From the NCBI RefSeq assembly GCF_009914755.1, contig NC_060926.1: a DNA stretch of 64,000 bases. One strand, given 5' to 3'. This stretch comes from the human T2T-CHM13v2.0 reference genome, Homo sapiens. The translations under genes and the position numbers were made by a program. Shown one piece after another: positions 53,179 through 64,000 of this stretch. The first letter of the stretch is position 1, and each line of letters begins with the position of its first letter. Below the pieces are notes generated by a model. The model did no database searches. It had not been told where the DNA came from and was given only the letters and a program-made list of their open reading frames with translations.

Positions 53179-54619
53179 CTACATTTATGTTGTTTATACA
53201 TGCATTATTTTGTTGAGATTCTTGAGAGTTCAATGCTGTAGGAATGAATGAACAGGTATCCTTTGTATGTATACTATTCAATATCTTGATAATCAAGCCT
53301 GGAATATTATGTTACATCTAGACACCTTCAATAAATATTTGTGAAATAAATAAATGAGTGAATGACAACTGATACTAACTTTTTCAATTTTAGCAACTGG
53401 CATTCAGTCCTTGAATTCAGATGAACTCTCCCTCTGAGGTTGACCAGGTCCTGTTAAATGAAGCCTAAGTCCAAATTTTGGCTCTGCCTTTACAAGCTAG
53501 GCAACCTCGGGCAAGTCACCTAACAGCTCCAGGCCCCCTTACTTCTCTGTAAAATAGAGTTAGAAATAGTTATCTACCTCCCAGAGCTATAGTGAGGAGT
53601 AAGTATATTTATATGGTAAAGAGCTTAGAACCATGTCTAGCCCCTGAGTCTCTATAGGTCTTGGCTATTATTATTAGTTTCTTCTAAGGTTCATTCTGTT
53701 TTTCCAGTTTTCTGTATTTTCTTTTGTATATTACTTTAACAAGGGAAAAAATAACTATTTTTTTCCAGGTGTACTTTATTTCTGAGAACACTGCAGGCTC
53801 TCACCAGCTATCTCTGGCACTTAGATATTGGTAAATTTAGTGCCAAAGCAGGGATCGTGTCACTTGCCCAGGATCAAAGTGCACACTCCTGATTATCAGT
53901 AACCATGTATGTGCACACTTGCTGGCTCAGGATAGAGGCCACCAGCCAACCCAAGTTCCTCACAGGTATTTCCAGACTAGCTCCCAACATGTCCTACAGC
54001 ATCTCTGATCACTGCTCTTCCCATCGTATCAGATACCTCGAGACACAAACCAGAGGATTAAAACAATGAGCCATTTTTCCTGGGTTCATAATGAGAGTAT
54101 CTTTTGTAAGTGGAATAATTCAACAGTAATCTTCAGTCCTCTCTTCTCCTACAATGTGGTGGAGATTATAGAAGAGTAAAAGCAGCTTTCTTTTTCTCCT
54201 CGGGGTAATGGAAGTACTGGGCTAATCTTTGCCACGCTGATCAGTGGCCCTCAGCTGCGCATTACAATCACCGGGGAGCTTTTAGAAATACTGAAGCTTG
54301 GGCCCTGTTTAATCGGAGTCTCTGGTTGAGGGACAGGAAATGTGTTTTGGTTTATTTGTTTGTTTTGGTGGTGGTTTTGTTTTTAAGTCTTAACCCTGTT
54401 TTTGGCTAGGGTGGAGAACCACTGGCATAGATGGTTTTGGTGTTTCCTCAGTACAGCCCCAGACTTGGGCCTAGCTGAGTCTTTTGCAAGGAGGGTTATT
54501 CACATCAGTGTGTAAAATGGAACACTGGGAATAGGTATAAAGAACTGCATTCTAGGCTAATCGCATCCGAGTCTGTTTAGGCTGAAGGAAAAATTATATA
54601 AAGCAACAGAATTGTGATG

Positions 54620-55206
<587 letters not shown>

Positions 55207-55679
55207 CTAGCAGCAACCATTCATCAAGTACAGGGCCCTAAGAACAACCAGATGGTAAATCTTGAGATAAGCAATTTTTCTTGCTCCTTAGCACCTTTTT
55301 CCTGGGACCAGGTCAACTCTCCAATTCTGGTGTGGCCTCTTGTGGCGGGGTGGTTCAAGCGTGGAAAAGTCGAGGACCTGGGATTCATCTTGACTCCAGT
55401 AAGCGTCCAGAGGCAACATGTTCTTTGGGCTTTGCAGAGCAAGCAGGAGGTGGAGTGCCCCTTAAGCTAGATTATAGAACCTCCCAGTATCTTGGCAGAG
55501 GGAGCTTCAGTTCATTAAACACTGACTCTGCACCTGCTGTGAGCCAAGCACTGGTGCCAGGGTCACAAGATGAAAAGGCAGGAACTTACAATGTGGGGCA
55601 TAGTGGGAGCTCACACGAGGCACTTAGCACAACCTGGTGGTTCAGGGAAGACCCAGGCTGGCCTATGGGTTAGACGGTC

Positions 55680-56580
55680 CATCAGGGTTTAGTATAGGAA
55701 GTAGAAACCTCTGTAGGTATTTCTTTTTTTGTTGTTTGTTTTTGTTTTTTTGAGACAGGGTCTTGCTCTGTCACCCAGGCTGGAGTGCAGTGGTGCAATC
55801 AAGGCTCACTGCAGCCTTGACCCCCTGGGCTCAAGCGATCCTCCCACCTCAGCCTCCTAGGTAGTTGGGACTATAGGCCTGTGTCACCATGCCCAGCTGA
55901 TTTTTGATTTTTTGTATAGATGGGGTTTTGCCACATTGCTCAGGCTGGTCTCAAACTCCTAGGCTCAAGCTGTCAGCCTGCCTTGGCCTCCCAAAGTGCT
56001 GGGATTACAGGCATGAGCCACTACGCCTGGCCTCTCTAGGTATTTCAAGCAAAGAAAAATTTAATACTGAGAATCAAGCAGACATTACACAATTTTCGAG
56101 AGGGCTGGAGGGATACATGCCAGGGGGGTACCCCTGGAGTATTGAGTTCAAGGGCCCACCACAGTAGCCATGCTCCAGAAATCAGGATGGTGGTGGTGCT
56201 GCTGCAACTGCCTGTGACAAGGCAACTGCCACACGAAGCTGGCGACCAGATGGTCAGAAGGGACTCTGAGTCCAGCAGCATTCAGTGCCTTCACCCTGCT
56301 TGCTTTACGCAGCCGCTACCGCAGCAACAGTGGAATAGTAGCTTCTGCTTTGCCCGCCAAATCTCACACGAGAACTTATTTCAGATCCACACCGGAGCTG
56401 TAAGGGAGTCTGGGAAATGTAATTTTTTTTTAAAGATGGGGTCTCTCTATGTTGCCCAGGCTGAGTCTTGAACTGGGCTCAAGTAAGCCTCTTGCTTCAG
56501 CTTCCTGAGTAGCTGAAACTCTAGGCACACACTGCCACACCTGGCTCTTGGAAATGTAGTTTCGAGGTTTCCAGTCTCTC
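55680..56580. mobile_element. MLT1-like MaLR LTR remnant with inserted AluJ (55722-56033) and FLAM (56425-56545)
   Basis: tcagggtttagtataggaagtagaaacctct..taggtatttcaagcaaagaa..tttaata; agggagtctgggaaatgta. Confidence 0.5.
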
Positions 56581-57246
56581 CAACTAGACTACTAGAAGGA
56601 TAGAAAGGAGGCCAGGAGAGTGAAGCCTCAGTGTCTACTATGTGTGCAAAAAGAAAGTGAGAAGGACTTCCTGGATGGAGGAATCAGCCCAGGCAAAGGG
56701 CATAGAGCCAGGAGTGAGGCTGGCACAAGTGGTGAACAGCTGGGGATTACCAGGTTATCAAGAAGTAGCAGAAGCAACTGAGTCAAGGTTTGTACCTGAA
56801 AGTCAAACTTGTACCTGATTAGTCACTCATGTCTAATCAAAGTATTCTTTTTGTCTTTTTTTTCCCCCTTTTTGTGGAGAAGAGGGTCTCACTACATTGC
56901 CCAGGCAGGTCTCAAATTTCTGGGCTCAAGCTGTCCTCCCAACCTCTGCCTCCCTGAGTGCTGGGATTACAGGGTGTAAGCCACCACGTCCGGCCAAAGT
57001 ATTTTTTAATGAGTTAAATTCATATACACACTCTACCTAAAACACTTATTTATTGATACAGTGTTTGATTTATCCAACTCATTACTAATGCAAAAGGACA
57101 GAGGAAAGGAGCAAAGAGCACAAGAGAGAAAAAACAAGAGTGTTGGGTGATACCCACAAAGAAAACAGAGCCTTAACCTTCCCCAGGCTTCATGCTACAA
57201 ACACTGTTGATTACTGCCCGAGTCATCTCTCCTTTCAGTTTCCTAA

Positions 57247-57945
<699 letters not shown>

Positions 57946-58750
57946 AGGCCAGGTGTCAGGCACATGACTAAAGAAGCTCCCTGATGATTCTACCCCCAGC
58001 CTCAAGCCACTCCCTGTCGTTCAAGTCTTCCCATCTGAGGCCCCAGATAGCATGGGGCAGAGACTAGCCATCCCCACTGTGCCCTCTCCCGCTTCCTGAT
58101 TTGCAGCATCCGTGAGCATAATTAAATGGCTCTTGTTTTACACCACTAATTTGGAGTGGTTTGTTACACAGTAGTGGTAACTGGAATGCCCAAATACCCC
58201 CAAACCCACCGTCCCTTGACATCTTAGATAATCAGGTAGACAACTTTTTTCTTTTTGCCTGACCCAGTTGGTGATCAACTTATACACTGAAGCTTGAGAA
58301 CTTTCATCCGCTGTACTTTTATCCTATTGAGCCTCACTGTTGATGATATGCATGTGAAATGTCTAATCCTTTAAAACACAAATCTTCACCATTGATCTTA
58401 ATATCCTGCTGCAGTGAGTTCCCCAGGTCAATTGTGTGTAGTGGGGGAAAAAAGTACCTTCTTTTATCCATTTAAACATGCTTCCTTTTTATCTCATCTT
58501 GTCCTCTTGTTCTTCCCCAAGTAAAGCGATTTCCATTCTGTGGGTACCTACACACAGAGACCTAAGTTGAGACAATAATTTTCCTTTGAGCTGGTCACCC
58601 AGAAGGCCTCGTGCGCACTGGGACATGGAGCAGTGGATTTTAGTTGGTGACTTAAAGGTGGTGGAACACTCCATTCTAATTAGTCACAGATTTAGTTCCA
58701 AGCTTTAAAAAAAAAATAGTCTCTGCAAGAGACTAATTCTGCAAGAGGCA

Positions 58751-59125
58751 GGCCAGGCATGGTGGCTCATGCCTGTAATCTCAGCATTTTGGGAGGCCAA
58801 GGCGGATGGATCACCTGAGGTCGGGAGTTCGAGACCAGGGAACTTCTTTTGAGACAGGGTCTCACTCTGTCACCCAGGCTGGAGTGCAGTGGCGCATTCT
58901 CTGCTCACTGACACCTCCACTTCTCAGGTTTAAGCAATTCTCCTGCCTCAGCCTCCTAAGTAGCTAGGATTACAGGTGCCTGCCACCACACCCAGCTAAT
59001 TTCTGGTACTATGTTCACTCTCTGCATGATGGGATAATTCATACACCAAACCTCAGTGACACACAATTTACCCATGTAACAAACCTGCACACATACCCCA
59101 CGAACCTAAAAGTTTTTTTAAAAAC
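58751..59125. mobile_element. Chimeric repeat: sense Alu left-arm fragment, antisense Alu right arm, L1 3' fragment
   Basis: ggccaggcatgg...gttcgagaccag | ttcttttgagacagg...cagctaattt | ggtactatgttcac...catgtaacaaacctgcac. Confidence 0.75.
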
Positions 59126-60779
59126 CCCAAAGCCCACACACCAACATATTTAAAATACAACAACTTTTCTCAGATTCACCTCTTAGTGAAAGAAAATCTG
59201 CCATCCTGAGGGTTGCCAAAATCATATTTGCAGATGGCAATAAAAGATTTATGGAGTGCTTTCTATGTACCAAGCCCCTAGCTAAATGCTTCATGCATTA
59301 TCTCATTCAATCCTCACAACACCCAGTAATAATAGGTTATTTTATTTTCCCGATTTTACAGATGAGGAAACCTAGGCATAAAGAGATTGAGTAGCTCGCC
59401 TAGGGCCACTCAGTGTGTAATTGGCAATGCTTCACTTGCAGGGATTCCTCTTGCTGTAACTCTATTGTGGTTTTATTTTAAATATCTGTGCCATCTTACC
59501 TCTGCTATTAAATACTTGGGCAAAGATTAATGCCACATCGATTTCATTCTTTCGATATACAGTGTAATGAGCGGGGATAATGGTGGGAAAAATCACAGTC
59601 ACCTATGTATGCTGGAATGGATCTTGATGATCCTGTGGTTTTTACCTCCTCATTTTACAGATGAAGAAATGGGTCAAAGAAGATTTTGGATAAACTTAAA
59701 CTGAATGAGAGAAAATTAGAGAGTCCAAATACTCCTGGGGAAACTCCAGGTAACGCTTCCCTGGGCAAGTAGGGGCTTTGACTTATCTGTTCTCGCCCTC
59801 AGATGTGCAAGTCTGCAGCCTTTGTAAATATAACTTTGTGGCCAGTAATGTTACTACTATTATTTGGTTTAACATTCGTCACAAGTGAATATTATTATTT
59901 ATAGAATTGTAAGTCTCTGTATAGTGAGCTTATAATCTAAACCAGAGAGAGAGCTGATGATCACAGTTATCTGAGTTGAAAAGTGGGTTCTCTCAGGTTT
60001 CTCTGAATGTGTTCAGTCTGTTTGGATTTCATGTCATATGTGACTGGCCTCCTAGCATATTTATTCTGGCAGTGAAAGGGGTAGGGTGTGTGAAAGAAAT
60101 CTCTTGGAGAAGTTTTCACTGAAAACTTGGTGTTACACATCTAAGTCTCTTCTTGAGCCCTTCCAGGAAGGAAAACAAATCTCAGAAAATGTGAGGCTTG
60201 TTGCTTGTCCATATTTCTCCTCTAAGATGATTTCAGAGTTTCTCAGAATTGTTAAAAAATGTTTTCTTCTGTTTTAGATCTCTCTCCCACCCCTCATATC
60301 CGCAGGTTTATATCTACTCTTCCAGTTACCCACAACCCTTATCCTGCTTTGTTCAGTCTTTCCTAGACTTTTTGGTATTAAACTCCCTTTGAGACAAAGT
60401 GTCTGGACTGTTGCTCACTAATTTTTTTTTCAGAGCAATTTTCTCAATATAAATTACACTCTCAATTACTTTTATCTTCCTAGAGCAGTGAATCACATTC
60501 TAAAAAGCCATTAGGGTGGGGGCAGCTGGATGCAGAGCTGAGAGGTTCGAGCCAGTGCCAGCTTGTCAACCTCACTCTTTGTTTACCCTGCTGCAGCAGG
60601 CCAAAGTGCAACCTTTGTGCTGAAGTCACCAGCCAAAGAAGTACCTTCAGTGCCCATTTCTGCTACACTTGTGTGCTTGGGGTACCTATGTGATGGGGAG
60701 GCCATGTTTTAGAGAATGGGCTTGTGCTTGGAGGCAAGAAAAAAAAATAGCTGAATGCAGGATGGCTTGATATTTGAAG

Positions 60780-61290
60780 GCTGTGGGAGTTCGCTTTAGC
60801 GCCTCCACTCTTCATCCCTCCTGATATCCATACCCTCTGCCATGGGACTTTGCAGTTCCTTCCATCAAGAGATGGGTATATTCCCTACACGTCGATTCTG
60901 ACCATGACAGCTGCTTTGGCCAATAGGATGTTACAGATGTGACACAAGCAGAGACTTGAAAATGTTCTTGTGTGATTGGACTCGCTCCCTCGCCTCTCTG
61001 CTATTTCCATGAGAAGAGTAGGCCAGGGTGCCAGGGCTAGCCCGCTGGTCCCAGCAGGAGGATGAGAGATATGTCGGGCAGAGCTGCTCCAAGGAAGCTG
61101 CCCCAGGCTCAGCTCTGCCTCGAACAGAGCAGCCCAGCTGACCCAGAGGTACATAAGCAAACCCAGCCAGGATTTGCAGGTCTGCGTAGCAAGGCTTCCA
61201 ATGAACAGCAGATGCAGGAGCTGGAGTAGGAAGTGATTGTTGTTTTAAGTCTCTCAATTTTTAGGTGGTTTGCTATCCAGCAATAGCAAT
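60780..61290 (+). mobile_element. MLT1-family MaLR LTR
   Basis: gactttgcagttccttccatcaagag..., tgctttggccaataggatg, tgttgttttaagtctct..ttttaggtggtttgcta..cagcaatagc. Confidence 0.65.
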
Positions 61291-61638
61291 GAGGTCATGC
61301 TCTCTGAGACTTACGATGATTACCTGAGCAACTAGAAACAAAAGCACTTTGCAAATGTACAGCCATGGGAACTTGGAGAGTGGACTGAACAGGCTCTGGA
61401 GTCTGAAAACCTGAGTTACAATTCACCCTCACTCTCAGCTCACTCTAGACTTGGGCAAATAATTTCACTTTTCTGGGTCTTACTATAAAGTTACAGAGCT
61501 GACTTGCGGATTCAAAACATAAGAGCTTCAGAGGATGCCAAAAAATTAATATGAGTCCTAGAACTTCATTGGCAGAGGTGAGGAAGGGATGAGGAAGGTA
61601 GGAGGGAGTTTAGAGGGAATTTTGAGTATAAAATATTA

Positions 61639-61790
<152 letters not shown>

Positions 61791-62360
61791 ATACTCAAAT
61801 AAAAGGGGCAGATCTGTTGAGTCGTGAATTGAAGAATTTTGAAGAAAATGTTTGATTAAAGCTGAAAGGTAGTCTTGAAGCCCAGATATAAAATAGTCTC
61901 ACTTCCCCAGAGATCAAAGACATTGCCCTGAAAGTGTGGGCTACATGAATGAGTACGAGAGAGAAGAGTGACCCTGAAAATGGCTTCTAGAAGGCACCTT
62001 CCTGACAGCTCTTCCCTTCCCATGGAATAAAGCAAAGCTGGGGACAGTGATGAAGTGTTTGGTCAGGTGGGGAGATAATAGGCCCAACTAGCAGTCAGAT
62101 GCCTGTCTGAGCTCCCTCCTTAGTTACCTTTAGCTTGTCTTGGTCACTCAATATCTGACCTTGGACGAATCACCTATCTTATGGACAAGTGGATGAAATA
62201 GGATTCATTTATTCATTCCATTCTGATTACATGATCCCCTCCAGAAACTATTCCGGACTCTGGGGATGAGATGGTGAACACGTGGTTCCTGAGCTGGCTA
62301 CCAACTCAGGCTAGACAGACTTCTCACATATTGTCATTCATATCAAAATATATAATACTA

Positions 62361-62600
62361 GGCCAGGCGTGGTGGCTCACGCCTGTAATCCCCCAACTTA
62401 GAGAGGCTGAGGTGAGAGGATTGCTTGAGCCCAGGAGTTTGAGATCAGCCCCTGGGCAACACTGGGAGATCCTGTCTCTACAAAAACTTAGCCAGGCATG
62501 GTAGCATGCACATGCAGTCCCAGGTACTTAGGAGGCTGAGGTGGGAGGATTGCTTGAGCCCAGGAGCTATGATTGTTCAACTACACTCCAGCCTGGGCAA
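62361..62600 (+). mobile_element. AluJ (internally deleted)
   Basis: Alu consensus leading into a microsatellite tail. Confidence 0.85.
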
Positions 62601-62605
62601 ACAAA

Positions 62606-62636
<31 letters not shown>

Positions 62637-62652
62637 CCCCATATATACATAC

Positions 62653-62690
<38 letters not shown>

Positions 62691-62706
62691 CCCCATATAT
62701 ACATAC

Positions 62707-62753
<47 letters not shown>
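62600..62753. repeat. Compound (CA)n/(TA)n microsatellite with a duplicated higher-order unit
   Basis: (AC)n-ccccatatatacatacatatatata(ta)-(AC)n occurs twice, followed by a final (AC)n. Confidence 0.92.
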
Positions 62754-62754
<1 letters not shown>

Positions 62755-63668
62755 GACTAGATCCTTTTTCAGAGGGGAAAATTATAGCTCAGAGAGATTA
62801 AGTGGCTTGTCCAAAGTCACATGCTTTATACGAGAAAGATAAAAAATTAAGTTTTTTTACCCTAAAATTTATGTCGTTTCTATTGAACTATGTCAGAGGC
62901 AGAGCCTGGAATAAGCAAGGCGGGTTGGGGGCAAAGAGGTCCACTTTGGTGGGACCAAGGAGACAGATGTAGAGAGTGACTCAGTGATAAGATTAAAAGG
63001 GTAGATGGGGCAACACTAGAGAGGGCTTTGGATGCCAAGATAATGATCTGGAATTTTGTTTAAGTGTTTGAGTGAGAGGCAGCATGCACAAAACTTTGTG
63101 TTGGGAGTGTAATCTAGCCATCCTAGGCTAAGCGGATTGTTGCAGAGGAGGTCTTCAGTTTAGGAGATTCCTGGAAACCATGATAGAAGCCCAGGAATGA
63201 AGTGAAGAGGCCCAAGCTAGGCTGGTGGGTGCAAAGGTAGAGAAAGACAGGCAGACATGAAGCCATCATTCCTCAGCCTACTCTGCCTGGACACGACTTT
63301 GACATTCCACAACACGCCTCCCTCCCTGGCAAGTCATAATTATCGTGACAGTTATCATCTCCAGTTTTGCAGGTGCATAATGCTGTGATTGTGCAAGATC
63401 TTGAGGGTCAAAGATCATCAGGTTCTACTTCCGTCTCTGGTTCTCTGTTCCCAGATTGTCACAGATTGAAAACTGATGGGGGCCATGTCTTCCAACAGAG
63501 ATTCAGAACTGCACCCAGCCTGCTGGCTGTGTCCACCGAGAAATCAGAAACATAAATCCACTTCCTGAAAGCAAAGACTAAAGGGTAAAAGCAGTTCTTA
63601 AAAGTTATTTTTCTAGTATTCAAAATTCCAGAATTTTGATTGATTCTTTCATTAAAAGGGGGATAATT

Positions 63669-63966
<298 letters not shown>

Positions 63967-64000
63967 TTATTAAACTAATATGCAACTGTTAAAAAAATTG

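Noticed and set aside
62506-62842. His-Thr or Cys-Val repeat ORFs
   Set aside because: Translations of the (CA)n/(TA)n microsatellite

Overview
Human-type (primate) genomic DNA, Alu-rich, recognisable as the CCNYL1-FZD5 locus (2q33 from memory). On the + strand are coding exons 2-10 of CCNYL1 (cyclin Y-like 1); exon 1 lies upstream of the window. All nine exons have canonical AG/GT boundaries and splice into one open frame ending ...RSFSADNFIGIQRSKAILS*. Its 3' UTR carries the MIR4775 hairpin. On the - strand, converging tail-to-tail, is FZD5 (Frizzled-5): a 585-aa CDS in a single exon, a non-coding exon 1, a ~4.4-kb repeat-free 3' UTR and a large CpG island. This haplotype encodes Leu216 rather than the Pro216 I recall as reference. 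The remainder is intronic/intergenic repeat (Alu, FAM/FLAM, MIR, L2, old L1, MER5A/MER20/Charlie, MLT1, and a MER41B solo LTR). Repeat coordinates are by eye and approximate. I found no clearly new gene system. The best leads are: (1) a ~460-nt fold-back of two head-to-head FAM monomers centred on the miR-4775 stem, switchable by alternative polyadenylation; (2) a MER41B LTR with two intact tandem GAS/STAT1 sites ~2.7 kb upstream of FZD5; (3) the conserved cyclin-Y/Frizzled gene pairing, which places two Wnt receptor-level components side by side; (4) three uORFs in FZD5 exon 1.
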